A DNA stretch of 64,000 nucleotides from Deltaproteobacteria bacterium (GTDB taxonomy: Bacteria > Myxococcota_A > Polyangia > Polyangiales > Houyiibacteriaceae): NCBI GenBank assembly GCA_034670305.1, contig JAXMNT010000041.1, positions 9,862 to 73,861 on the forward strand, given 5' to 3'. Positions 27,003 to 36,491 of this stretch are shown one piece after another. The notes under the pieces are model-generated. The model saw only the letters and a list, made by a program, of their open reading frames with translations, was not told the origin of the DNA and ran no database searches. Position 1 is the stretch's first letter. Every line of letters starts with the position of its first letter. Both the position numbers and the translations under genes were made by a program.

Positions 27003-28641
27003 GGATGCGCCGGGTCCCGGCGATCTGAGTTCCGATCTGCGGGGGACGCGGGTCGATCGCTACGTGCTCGAAGAGCAGGTCGCGGTCGGAGGCATGGGCG
27101 CCATCTACCGCGCCACGATGGAGAGCGAGGTCGGGGGCCGCACGGTCGCGATCAAGATCATCCATCCGCACCTCGCGCAGATTCCCGTCTTCCGCCGGAT
27201 GTTCCTCGACGAGGTGCGCGTCGTCTCCAGCATCCAGCATCAGAACGTGGGCGCCGTCATCGACTTCGGCATGTCGAACCACACGCCCTACCTCGTGATG
27301 GAGTGGCTGCATGGTCAGTCGTTCACCCGCTTGCTCACGCGTGGACACAGCGCCGGAGAGAGCTTCCCTGCCTGGCTCGCGATCCGGGTCGTGGTGGAGG
27401 CGGCCCGCGGGCTGCACGCCGCCCACGAGCTCAAGGGTTCGGACGGCGCGGAGCTGTCGATCGTGCACCGGGATGTGTCCCCGTCGAACATTCACGTGCT
27501 CTTCAGCGGCGCGGTGAAGGTGATCGACTTCGGCATCGCGCATGCGCAGGGCCGGCTCACCGAAGCGACCGCGCCCGGGCAGGTGCGCGGCAAGGTGGCC
27601 TACATGTCGCCGGAGCAGATTCAGGGCGCAGCGGTGGACCGTCGCGCCGATGTGTGGTCGCTGGGGGTGGTGCTCTGGGAGTCGTTGACCGGGCGCCGGC
27701 TCTTCCGCGCGGACACCGAAGCCACGACGATGCTCCGCGTGCTCAGCCGCGAGGTGCCGCCGGTGCGGACCTTTCAGGCGGACATCGCCCCGGCGGTGGA
27801 GCTGGTCGTGGAAGAGGCGCTGCAGCGCGATCCCTCCAAACGCCTCGGAAGCGCCCTCGAGATGGCGGACCGCCTCGAGAAACATCTGTACGCACTCGGT
27901 CAGCCAAGCGGCGCGTCGCAGATCGCCGAGTGGATGAAGGACCGTTTCGAACACGACGACACGTCGGGGTTCATGCCGGCCGACGACATCAGCACCTCGG
28001 GTCTGATGAGCACGCCGAAGCTTCCTCTCGCCGACACCCTCCCGCCGAAGCTCCCGTCGGTGCCGGCCGAAGCGGCGCCGAAACGTTCTCCGCTGCTCGT
28101 CATGATCGGTGTGGCGCTCGCGGTGCTGGTCGGCTTGGCCGCCGGGTTTCTACTCTGGTCGCGCGCGGATGCGCCTGCGCCGACGGTGGTCGCGGACCAG
28201 GTGGGTGGGACGACGGAGACCGGGCCGCCCGAATCGGCCATGGCGGAAGCACACGGCACGCCGACACCCGCCGACGTCGCATCCATGGCACAAGAGGCCG
28301 TCGACCCGCCCGACGTCGATCCGACGATGGAGCCCGCGGAGTCGATGTCGATGGAGTCCGCGGAGACGATGTCGATGGAGTCCGCGGAGACGATGTCGAT
28401 GGAGACGATGGAGACGATGGAGCGCCGGTCGGCTGCGCCCGGTCGGGTGAACATCGTGGCCGTGCCCTCCGCCGAGGTTCGGTTCCGCGGCCGTCGGCTC
28501 GGGACCACCCCGCTGGCGGGGGTGTCGCTCCCGGGTGGCCGGCAGCGGCTGACGTTCGTCTGGCCGGACGGCACCACCAAGCGGGTGCCGGTTCGAGTGC
28601 GGCCGGGCGGGCTGGTTCGAGTCGGACCGATCCGGCGCTGA
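26989..28641 (+). CDS. Membrane Ser/Thr protein kinase with Met-rich linker and PEGA-like C-terminus
   Basis: AVGGMGAIY, VAIK, HRDVSPSN, DFG, GKVAYMSPEQ; GTG 26989 preceded by GGAGG. Confidence 0.9.
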   Translation: MAAAEDAPGPGDLSSDLRGTRVDRYVLEEQVAVGGMGAIYRATMESEVGGRTVAIKIIHPHLAQIPVFRRMFLDEVRVVSSIQHQNVGAVIDFGMSNHTPYLVMEWLHGQSFTRLLTRGHSAGESFPAWLAIRVVVEAARGLHAAHELKGSDGAELSIVHRDVSPSNIHVLFSGAVKVIDFGIAHAQGRLTEATAPGQVRGKVAYMSPEQIQGAAVDRRADVWSLGVVLWESLTGRRLFRADTEATTMLRVLSREVPPVRTFQADIAPAVELVVEEALQRDPSKRLGSALEMADRLEKHLYALGQPSGASQIAEWMKDRFEHDDTSGFMPADDISTSGLMSTPKLPLADTLPPKLPSVPAEAAPKRSPLLVMIGVALAVLVGLAAGFLLWSRADAPAPTVVADQVGGTTETGPPESAMAEAHGTPTPADVASMAQEAVDPPDVDPTMEPAESMSMESAETMSMESAETMSMETMETMERRSAAPGRVNIVAVPSAEVRFRGRRLGTTPLAGVSLPGGRQRLTFVWPDGTTKRVPVRVRPGGLVRVGPIRR

Positions 28642-28712
28642 CCGATCCGGCGCTGACCGATCCGGCGCGGACCGATCGGGCGCGGACCGATCGGGCGCTG
28701 ACCGATTCGGGC
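28625..28712 (+). repeat. 15-bp tandem repeat GACCGATCCGGCGCT, nearly 6 copies, overlapping the kinase stop codon
   Basis: Units start at 28625, 28640, 28655, 28670, 28685 and 28700. Confidence 0.92.
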
Positions 28713-28734
28713 AAGGGCCCGATGGCGCCGGACC

Positions 28735-29991
28735 GTGTACCCTGCGCTCGTGGTGGCGCGGTCGTTGGCTTCGATTCTGGGCATGCTGGCGCTGGTCGCC
28801 TGCACTGCGGACTCCGACTACACGGTGGCGGTCGACTTCGAACCCGACGCCCTCGGAGAACGCGTCGAGCGGGTCGTGGTCGAGGTCATGGACCGCTGCC
28901 CAACCGATGGGATCGAAGGTTCGGTGCGGGCCCGAAGCATCGTGACCCGCGCCGGCATGGGCACGATCCAGATCCCGCTCGACACCGGCACACAGGCCAT
29001 CTCGGTGGTGGCCGTCGGTGCGGCGTGCGGGGTCATCGGACACGGCTGCACCGAGCTGGACGTCCGTGCCGGCGAGAGCCAGCGGGTCGACGTGGTGGTC
29101 CGCGCGACCAGCCGCGGGGCGTGTTCGTTGTCGCGCTGCGGTTGTGAGGGCGGCGTGGACGCGGGCGTCGACGCGCCGAGCGTGGACGCGCCCAGCATGG
29201 ACGCACCGGGCGAAGATGCGCCGGGTGAAGACGCGCCGGGTGAAGACGCACCCGCGGACGTCGGCCCCGACGTGCCGGCGTGTTCGGTGGACTACGGCGC
29301 TTTGATCCGCGGGCAGAGTCCGGTCGCGTACTACCGCTTCGACGACGCGGCGGGCAGCCCGACCGCGGTCGACGACATGGGCGTACACGACGGCACCTAC
29401 CGTGGCACGGCGCCCGCCCCAGTGCTGGCCGGCGAAGGCGCGATCGCCGGGGACGAGTCGACCTCGGTGTACTTTGGCTACGGTTCGGACAACACGGCCG
29501 CGGCGCTGCGCCTGCCCGACACCCTTGACGCGACCATGACGATGTCGCCGCTCTCGATCACTCAGTGGGTTCGGGTGCACGACGTGCACCCGCCGTCGTT
29601 CGGCAACACGTTGATCATCTCGGAGCGGTTCGACGTCTACGGGTTCCGGTTCGGATACCGCGACGACGGCACGCTCTTGCTCTCCGCCAACAACAGCGGC
29701 GGCACCACCCGCCTCACCACCGACCCGGTGCTGCTCGACGGAGAGTGGCACCACGTCGGCATGCGCCTGTTGCCGCCCACCCGCGCCGAGATCTACGTCG
29801 ACGGGGTGCTCGCCAACTCGACCGACACGGCGGACTTCGTCCGGACCGGCGACGGCGACCTCGACACCGGCCTCGGGTACCTCCACGCCATCGTCTGCGA
29901 CGCCGACATCGACGAACTGGCGATCTACGATCGGGCGCTCACCCCCGAAGAGATCCGCGCCCAGTTCGACCTCGGCCACACCTGCGACTGA
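28735..29991 (+). CDS. Lipoprotein with C-terminal LamG/concanavalin-like domain
   Basis: Lipobox LVAC; (DAPGE)n linker; PVAYYRFDD, DGEWHHV, IYVDG, IDELAIYDRALTPEEI. Confidence 0.88.
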   Translation: MYPALVVARSLASILGMLALVACTADSDYTVAVDFEPDALGERVERVVVEVMDRCPTDGIEGSVRARSIVTRAGMGTIQIPLDTGTQAISVVAVGAACGVIGHGCTELDVRAGESQRVDVVVRATSRGACSLSRCGCEGGVDAGVDAPSVDAPSMDAPGEDAPGEDAPGEDAPADVGPDVPACSVDYGALIRGQSPVAYYRFDDAAGSPTAVDDMGVHDGTYRGTAPAPVLAGEGAIAGDESTSVYFGYGSDNTAAALRLPDTLDATMTMSPLSITQWVRVHDVHPPSFGNTLIISERFDVYGFRFGYRDDGTLLLSANNSGGTTRLTTDPVLLDGEWHHVGMRLLPPTRAEIYVDGVLANSTDTADFVRTGDGDLDTGLGYLHAIVCDADIDELAIYDRALTPEEIRAQFDLGHTCD

Positions 29992-30011
29992 CGCACGCGC
30001 CAGCGTGCGTC

Positions 30012-30048
30012 CCCTTGCCCTTGCCCATGCCCTTGCCCTTGCCCTTGC
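30012..30048. repeat. (GCCCTT)n hexamer tract
   Basis: About six units; same unit as at 8597, 31308 (reverse) and 63922. Confidence 0.85.
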
Positions 30049-30162
30049 GGTTGGTCCGGGACTGCGCGTCGTTCGGAAGGACAGCACTGCGGTTCTGCCG
30101 CAGCGCCCATCCTTTACCGAGCCCTTACGTCGCGACTCGGATCGGCGCGCCATGCTGGGTTC

Positions 30163-30354
30163 ATGAAGAAGACCACGCTCTTGCTCGTCGCGCTCGCCAC
30201 CCCGCTGCTCGGAACCACTGCGTTCGCGCAGACCAGCGACACGCCTGCCGGCAACTCCAAGTACCCGAGCTACGACGAACCCACCGAGGGAGACGGCGAC
30301 GAAGACCGCGATGCGGAAGACCGACCGGACGCGCCGGCGGACGACGCGGGATGA
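30163..30354 (+). CDS. Small secreted acidic peptide (63 aa)
   Basis: MKKTTLLLVALATPLLGTTAFAQ signal peptide; stop overlaps the next ATG (ATGA). Confidence 0.72.
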   Translation: MKKTTLLLVALATPLLGTTAFAQTSDTPAGNSKYPSYDEPTEGDGDEDRDAEDRPDAPADDAG

Positions 30355-31127
30355 ACTTCGAACTCTCGTGGCGCGGCGGTCAGAGCGCGCGCCGGTTCCG
30401 CCGAGCGCGGCCCATGCCCGAGTTCGACTGGGACACGTTGTCTCCCGCGCCCTACGACCCGTTGCTCGTCGAGCGGGCTCGGGCGAGTTGGACCTACGGC
30501 GCGTACCTCGAACACGCCACCGCGCTGCAGTTCGCGGCGATGACCGAGACGCTGCTCGAGCTGCGGGCGCCGCTCGATCTGGTGGGCGTGACCGCCGGGT
30601 TCGTGTCGGACGAGCTGCTGCACGCCGAGCTCAACGCACGCATCGCGATGTGTCTTGGCGGCGGAGCGCCGCTCGAGGTCGAGACCCGGCTGCCGGAACT
30701 GCCCGGGTCCGCGCGCATGCGGCTGGCGGCGCTCGCGGTGCACACCTGCCTGGTCGGCGAAGCGTTCAGTGTGCCCTTGCTCGCGGCCACCGCGGCCGGC
30801 AGCGCGCATCCGCTGGTGCACGCGGTGCTCACCCGCATCGTGCGCGACGAAGCGCCACACGCGCGGGTCGGCGAGTGGATCCTCGACTGGCTCGAACCGT
30901 TCACCGACGCCGAGAAGCAGGTGCTCGGCGCCACCGCGGCGCGCGCGCTCTCCGATGCGCTGCGTGGTCTCGACCGCTTGCCCCCGGACCCGACGGGGCC
31001 ACGTGCGCAAGCCGTCTCGGAACTCGGCTGGTTGCCCGCCACGAGCTGGCGGGAGGTCGCGCTGCGGTGCGTGGAAGGGCGGATCCGACCGGCGCTCGCG
31101 CGGCGCGGGTTTTCTCTGGACGCGTGA
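30351..31127 (+). CDS. Ferritin-like di-iron domain protein
   Basis: Ligand pattern YLEH...DELLH...VGEA...DEAPH; start MNFELSWRGG at 30351. Confidence 0.82.
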   Translation: MNFELSWRGGQSARRFRRARPMPEFDWDTLSPAPYDPLLVERARASWTYGAYLEHATALQFAAMTETLLELRAPLDLVGVTAGFVSDELLHAELNARIAMCLGGGAPLEVETRLPELPGSARMRLAALAVHTCLVGEAFSVPLLAATAAGSAHPLVHAVLTRIVRDEAPHARVGEWILDWLEPFTDAEKQVLGATAARALSDALRGLDRLPPDPTGPRAQAVSELGWLPATSWREVALRCVEGRIRPALARRGFSLDA

Positions 31128-31341
31128 ACCGAAGCCGACGCCGAAGCCGATGCCGAATCCGATGCCGACCCTGAAGGAGTGCGGTTCCCGTGCCCGTGCC
31201 CGTGCCCGTGCCCGATCACTCCGAAGCCGAAGCCGAAGCCGAAATCCGACCCCGAAACCGAAGCCGAATCCGACGCCGAAGCCGAAGCCGATGCCGCGTC
31301 GAGCAACGGGCAAGGGCAGGGGCAAGGGCAAGGGCAAGGGG
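31126..31341. repeat. Composite cassette (GAAGCC)n-(CCCGTG)n-(GAAGCC)n-(GGGCAA)n
   Basis: Directly visible, starting at the stop of the ferritin-like gene. Confidence 0.93.
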
Positions 31342-31437
31342 GCTTGCCTGTGGGCAAGCCGCCGGCACGTGTCCTGCAGAGATCCCCGCAGACACCGCGC
31401 CGTGACCCACTACGGCACACCCCTACAGGTTCTCCCC

Positions 31438-32274
31438 ATGCTTCGCACCGTCCGCTCCTTCGCCCTCCTCGTCTCCCTCCTCGTCTCGTTCGGATGTGGA
31501 TCCGACGTGCAGCCAGCCGATCCCAGCCTCGTGCAATCCGAGCGTTCGCTCGTCGATGTCGGCTACATGACCGGCGTCACGGTGGACGAACACGGACAGC
31601 TCTTCGTGCTCACCCGCGATGGGGTGCTCATGGAAGAAGTGGACGGCGCGTGGACCATCCGCTTCCGCGCCCGCACCGGGGCCACGTTTGAAGACGTCGT
31701 CTCGCTCGGCGAGGGCCGCTTCGCGCTGACCACCATCGACATGGGATTCGAACTCGACGTGGCCACCGGAGAGTTGACCCAGCACTTCTGCTACCTGCCC
31801 GACGACGACATCCGGGAAGAGGATCCGCCCCAGACGCCGATCCCGACCAGCGAGCTCGCCCGCGCGGTGACGTTCGACCACGAGACCGGACTGCTCTACG
31901 CGCAGCCGCAGACGGTCCAGCAGACCGACGGCCTCGGCACCTTCTCCGAGGTCGCGTCGTTCGACCGCGTGACCGGCACCGAACTCGAGTTCCGCAACCT
32001 CGGCGACGCGTCCTTCAGCGCCGGCGGCATGGTCGTGCTCGGCCGCGGTGAGGCGGGCACGACTCTGCTCGCGGCCGACGGCAGCATGCTGCACACGATC
32101 GTCTTCGAGACCGGTGCCAAACGTGCGGTGCTCGACCTGAGCTCCCTCGGCATCGAGGATGTGGCCGGCATGGCCATCGATTCCGGCCGCGGCGTGCTGC
32201 ACGTGCTCGACCAGCGCGGCACCCGCCCGATGCACATCGCACTCGACCTGGCGCTTCTCCGCGCCGAACTCTGA
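31438..32274 (+). CDS. Hypothetical lipoprotein, probable beta-propeller
   Basis: MLRTVRSFALLVSLLVSFGC lipobox; blade-like segments GVTVDEHGQLFVL, AVTFDHETGLLY, GMAIDSGRGVLHVL. Confidence 0.8.
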   Translation: MLRTVRSFALLVSLLVSFGCGSDVQPADPSLVQSERSLVDVGYMTGVTVDEHGQLFVLTRDGVLMEEVDGAWTIRFRARTGATFEDVVSLGEGRFALTTIDMGFELDVATGELTQHFCYLPDDDIREEDPPQTPIPTSELARAVTFDHETGLLYAQPQTVQQTDGLGTFSEVASFDRVTGTELEFRNLGDASFSAGGMVVLGRGEAGTTLLAADGSMLHTIVFETGAKRAVLDLSSLGIEDVAGMAIDSGRGVLHVLDQRGTRPMHIALDLALLRAEL

Positions 32275-32340
32275 TCGACGCTCGGGTGCTCCGCGCACCA
32301 CGAACGTGAGGAATGCCGGCACCTGACGCATACTGCGTAG

Positions 32341-33150
32341 GTGCCGGTTCTGTTTCTAGTGGGGGCGCCGCCTCCAAACCCCCTCCCCGAGGCGCGCTTC
32401 CGTTTGCCGGGCTCCGCTTCGCTGCGTGGGTTTCGAGTGCTCCTCTCGGGCGTGTTGTTGGTCTGCGTGGCTTGTGGGGGCGAGGGTGGACCCACCACCG
32501 AACCCCGCGGCATCGGCGAGCCCCGCGCGCCTCACGCGGCGACGTCGCCTCGGCCGGAGCCGCGACGGCCTGTCTTTCAGCCGCCGCTGCAGCGCCACAC
32601 GAACCCACCGATTCGGGTCACCGAGCGGGTGGAGATCCCAGCGCCTCCCACCCCGGCGCCCCCCCGCGATCTCTCCGCCGAACTGCGCGGACTCGTGGGC
32701 GGGCCGTCGGGTTGTGGCGACCTCGGCGATCAGGAAGAGGTGCGGTTGCGCGCGTCCGCGGTGGTCACCCAAACCGGCATCGTCACCCGCGCGCGCGTGT
32801 CCGGGGTGCCGAGCGCGGCCGCCGATTGTTTCCGTCGGCGCATCGAGGCGGGACGCTTTCGGGGGCCGGTCGAGCAGCGCACCGTGACCGCCGAGTTGGT
32901 GTTCCGGGGCACCCGCACGATCACCGACCGCACCGAAGACGTCTCCGCTGGGCCGACCGCGGGCACCGGTTTCGAACTACAGCGCGGACAGAGCTACGCT
33001 GGCACCGGCATGGCGTACGAAGGTTCGTACGCGGGTGCTCGGCCGATTGAGGCGGCGCCTTCGATGGCGATTCAGCCGGCGGCCGGCACCGAGATCCAGC
33101 CGTCGTCGAGCCGGATGATCGACGGGCCCTCGGGCACCAGCATTCGCTGA
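32341..33150 (+). CDS. Hypothetical lipoprotein, Pro-rich linker plus TonB-C-like region; start uncertain
   Basis: VLLVCVAC lipobox-like; VVTQTGIVTRARVSG..AADCFRRRI; N-terminus overlaps a repeat element. Confidence 0.68.
   Translation: MPVLFLVGAPPPNPLPEARFRLPGSASLRGFRVLLSGVLLVCVACGGEGGPTTEPRGIGEPRAPHAATSPRPEPRRPVFQPPLQRHTNPPIRVTERVEIPAPPTPAPPRDLSAELRGLVGGPSGCGDLGDQEEVRLRASAVVTQTGIVTRARVSGVPSAAADCFRRRIEAGRFRGPVEQRTVTAELVFRGTRTITDRTEDVSAGPTAGTGFELQRGQSYAGTGMAYEGSYAGARPIEAAPSMAIQPAAGTEIQPSSSRMIDGPSGTSIR
32359..32427 (-). repeat. Dispersed REP-like element, divergent copy 2
   Basis: Minus strand ACGCAGCGAAGCGGAGC...GGGGGTTTGGAGGCGGCGCCCCCAC shares both ends with copy 1. Confidence 0.6.
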
Positions 33151-33210
33151 GCGCGACGTCGGCGCATGCGCCCGCGTGCGCGGCCTGCGGCTGCGTGGCA
33201 CACCGGCGTC

Positions 33211-33798
33211 ATGCGTTTGGCAGTCGTGGGTCTCGGAGTGATCGTGGTCGCGGTCGCGGTGTACATCTTCCTGGACACGCCCGATCCGCCGCCGGCGGTG
33301 AGCGACGCGGGGGTGGCGGAGTCGATCACCGAGGAACCGGATGCTGGTACGGCGGTCGCAGATCTAGGCGACCCGGTGCCTGCCGGGGAGCTCGAAGAGA
33401 TCCATGCGCTCATGGAAGAGCTCGCTGGCGAGATCGGCGACCCGAGCGTCGGGGCAGAGACCGAGGAAGTGGCGCAAGCGGCCGAGCCCGAAGTCGCGCC
33501 ACCCGAAGACGAACCGCCCCAGCCCGTCGACGACAGGGACGACCCGCACGCGACCGAGAACGTCGGACCGACGACCTCCGAAGAACAGATCCGCCGCAGC
33601 ATCGTGCGCTGGACCCGCTCGCTCGAGATGGTCGACCGGTTGCTCGCGTCCCTCGACGAACGCCTCCCGACCGTCACCGATCCCGCCGCGATCGAGCGCA
33701 TGCAAACCCAGCGTGCCCGCCTCGTGACCCGTCAGACCGCCATCGCGACGGGCCTCGAGGATCTGCGCAGCCGAGCCGAACCCACCAGCCCGCAGTAG
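33211..33798 (+). CDS. Hypothetical membrane-anchored acidic protein
   Basis: ATG 33211 MRLAVVGLGVIVVAVAVYIFL; C-terminal helical region; typical codon bias. Confidence 0.72.
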   Translation: MRLAVVGLGVIVVAVAVYIFLDTPDPPPAVSDAGVAESITEEPDAGTAVADLGDPVPAGELEEIHALMEELAGEIGDPSVGAETEEVAQAAEPEVAPPEDEPPQPVDDRDDPHATENVGPTTSEEQIRRSIVRWTRSLEMVDRLLASLDERLPTVTDPAAIERMQTQRARLVTRQTAIATGLEDLRSRAEPTSPQ

Positions 33799-33829
33799 CG
33801 ACGGCGCCTCGGTTGACCCGTGACTGGGG

Positions 33830-34657
33830 CTAGCGGTACGTGAAGCGGAGCTGGTAGTCGCAGATCTGGACGAGGTCGCCCTCTTCGATCCGCTTGCTGT
33901 CGATGCGACGGCCCTGGTACTCGATGCCGTTCGTGCTGCCGAGGTCCTTGATGTAGAACGCGCCGCCCTGGAAGACGACGGCGGCATGACGACGGCTGAT
34001 GTTGCCGTCCTTGATCGGGAGGTCGGCGGTCTTGCTGCCGCGACCGATGACGAACTCGTCTTTGGCGACGGGGATCTTCTGGCCGTTGAAGATCACGAAG
34101 AGCGAGGGGCGTCCGCCGCCGTAGGCGGCTTGGGGTGCGCCGGGAAGCGGCGGGGGTGCGCTCGGCCGCGCGGGCGGAGGCGGGTAGCTCGAGGGTCCGG
34201 GGGCCGGGTAAGGTGCGCCGCCGTACTGGGGCGCTTGAGGCGGTGCGCTGTAGGGCGGAGCGGCTCCGCCGTAGCCACCGTAGCCGGGTGGACCCGCGGA
34301 GGGCGGCGGCGGAGGCGCGGACGGGATCGCCGGTTTCGAAGGTCGACCGAGCGATGGAATGCCAGGGCCCGAGGGCGGCGGCGCCATGCCAGCGGGGGGA
34401 CCCGCTTGGGGCATGCCGACGCGGGGTGCGGGCGCAGCCTGTGGTGGCGCCGCCGATGGCGGAACCGCGCGGGGCATCCCGGGTTGAGAGGTGCCGCGCA
34501 CGCCGTAGTTCCGGGAGCGCGCGTACTGGCGCATCGCCTCGTTGATGAGGTAGTCCACCGAACATTCGAGCTCGCCGCTCATCTGTCCGAAGATCTCCCA
34601 GAGGTAGTCGCGACACTGAAAACTTCGGAGCGTCTTTTTGGTCTGATCGTGGGTCAC
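33830..34657 (-). CDS. FHA-domain protein with N-terminal ribbon-helix-helix-like segment and Pro-rich linker
   Basis: FHA motifs FVIGRG, ISRRHA, IKDLGSTNG; N-terminal RSFQCRDYLWEIFGQMSGELECSVDYLINEAMRQY; GTG 34657. Confidence 0.88.
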   Translation of the reverse strand: MTHDQTKKTLRSFQCRDYLWEIFGQMSGELECSVDYLINEAMRQYARSRNYGVRGTSQPGMPRAVPPSAAPPQAAPAPRVGMPQAGPPAGMAPPPSGPGIPSLGRPSKPAIPSAPPPPPSAGPPGYGGYGGAAPPYSAPPQAPQYGGAPYPAPGPSSYPPPPARPSAPPPLPGAPQAAYGGGRPSLFVIFNGQKIPVAKDEFVIGRGSKTADLPIKDGNISRRHAAVVFQGGAFYIKDLGSTNGIEYQGRRIDSKRIEEGDLVQICDYQLRFTYR

Positions 34658-34667
34658 CGCTCCACCT

Positions 34668-36272
34668 TCACTCCTCGGCGGGCGCGTCGCCACCTTCGGG
34701 GGATTCATCCATGGCCGTCGCACCTGCATCCGCAGGACCGGCCAGCCGTTCCCGGAGGGCGGCGATCGTGTGTTCCGCGACCTTGCCCACCGTCTGCATC
34801 TCACGCAGCTCCCATCGTTTGCCGACGGTCGCGGCGCGGTCGCTGACGAGCCGCTGCATCGCGGGGATGTCCTCGGCGGTTCCGCGTCGCTCCAAGAAAC
34901 GAAGCGCGGCCACGCGGGCGTACCAGTTGGGCGAGCGGAGCTGGCGGACCATGATGTCGCGCGGGAGCGGCGTCATCTGGCTCATCTGCGTCGCGTAGCC
35001 TTCCAGCTCGTCCGGTTCGTATTCGACGGCGTTGTCGGAAGGCAGGCGGGTCAACAGTTCGGCGACGATCTCGGAGCCACCGATCGCGAGCACGAGCTCA
35101 CCGGCGCGCCACCGAAGGCGCTTCGGCAAGTCTTCGTTCTCGGACGTGGACACGAGCGGCCAGAGGCGCGGGATCGACGCCCGGCTTCGAATGTCACCCA
35201 CCCGGTCGAACGCGTAGTCGCGCACGTTGATGGGGTTGTCTTCGTCGAGCGCCAGGTCGAGCAGCTGCGTGAGTTGCGCTTCGGACGCGTTGCCTTCCAT
35301 CGCCTGAAGCGCCTTCTGGCGGCGTTCGTTCAGCGCGACGACCATCGGCTGGGCGGTGCCTTCGGGCGGCACGGTCGAGGCGATCTCGAGCAGTCGGTTG
35401 CGCACGGCGTCCACGCCGGCCAGATGTTTCATCGACGGCAGCGCGCCGTCGTTGATGAAGTTCTCGCGGTTGAGCAGCGCGATGCCGCGCACGCGGTCGG
35501 CCGGCGCTTCGCGGCCCTGCTCCGTCAACGAGTCGGTGATCTTGCTGGCAAGCCAGTTGATGAAGTCGTCGCTCTCCATCTCGCGTTCGATCTCGACCAG
35601 GCGTTCGCCCGCCCGCTGCTTCGTGGCGGCGTCGCCGATCTGTCCGATGAGCTGCGCGATCTTCACCATCGCGCGCTGCGGCTGATGGCTGTTCAACGCG
35701 TCCACCAAGAGTCCCGCCGCGGGTGCACCGAGCGAACGCACGACCTGCTCCGCGCTGTAGTCGCCGGAGAGCGATCGGTCCGCGAAGTCCACCGCGTACC
35801 ATCCGATCACGGCGCTCATGAGTTGCTGCTTCGACGCGGGGCTGGCGTACGCAATCAAGATGTACGCTGCGTCCTTCGCGCGCTGCTGAGACAAGGGCGG
35901 ACCACCCTCCTCGGTGCCCGGCGCGCTCTCGCCGCCGCGCATCATCGCTTGCAGACCCGGCACCATGCCGTCGACCACCTGCTGGGTGACCTCCGGGTTG
36001 GTGCTCTGCAACGCCTGCAATGCGCGTTGGAGTTCGCCGACGCCACTGACGTCGTTGCGCTCCATCTCGATGAGCGCGAGCGCCGCTTGGGTTCGGAGCT
36101 CGAGCGGGTAGCGCTCAGATGAGAGCACCGCCACGATCTTTCCGGGGCCCTTGACGGTCCCCTTCCAGTACTCGATGTCGTCTGACGTCACCTTACAGCC
36201 AGACAGCAAGGTGAACGCCAACATGGCGAGGAGGAGGGCCGGTACGCCCCCTCGGGCAGCAGGAAGTCGCAT
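34668..36272 (-). CDS. Lipoprotein with HEAT-like helical repeats (start 36272 or 36317)
   Basis: LLLAMLAFTLLSGC lipobox; INVRDYAFDRVGDI, NWYARVAALRFL. The track's extension to 37835 is antisense to ftsK. Confidence 0.8.
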   Translation of the reverse strand: MRLPAARGGVPALLLAMLAFTLLSGCKVTSDDIEYWKGTVKGPGKIVAVLSSERYPLELRTQAALALIEMERNDVSGVGELQRALQALQSTNPEVTQQVVDGMVPGLQAMMRGGESAPGTEEGGPPLSQQRAKDAAYILIAYASPASKQQLMSAVIGWYAVDFADRSLSGDYSAEQVVRSLGAPAAGLLVDALNSHQPQRAMVKIAQLIGQIGDAATKQRAGERLVEIEREMESDDFINWLASKITDSLTEQGREAPADRVRGIALLNRENFINDGALPSMKHLAGVDAVRNRLLEIASTVPPEGTAQPMVVALNERRQKALQAMEGNASEAQLTQLLDLALDEDNPINVRDYAFDRVGDIRSRASIPRLWPLVSTSENEDLPKRLRWRAGELVLAIGGSEIVAELLTRLPSDNAVEYEPDELEGYATQMSQMTPLPRDIMVRQLRSPNWYARVAALRFLERRGTAEDIPAMQRLVSDRAATVGKRWELREMQTVGKVAEHTIAALRERLAGPADAGATAMDESPEGGDAPAEE

Positions 36273-36491
36273 GTGTTCTTTCGCCTGGCCCGCGTGGGCC
36301 CGCTTGAAGGTCGGCATGATAGACGGAACCACACCCGTTCTGTAAAGCCCCGTAACCGTTGATGTCCCGATCTCTTCTCTCCGGGGTCGATCGCCGGGAA
36401 AAGGCGATGGTGGAACGCAGCGGGTCCGGCGTGTCGTTTTGTTGACGCCTGGCCCCCGATCCGTAGCCTGCAAAGGAGGAGTGTCTCCTAC

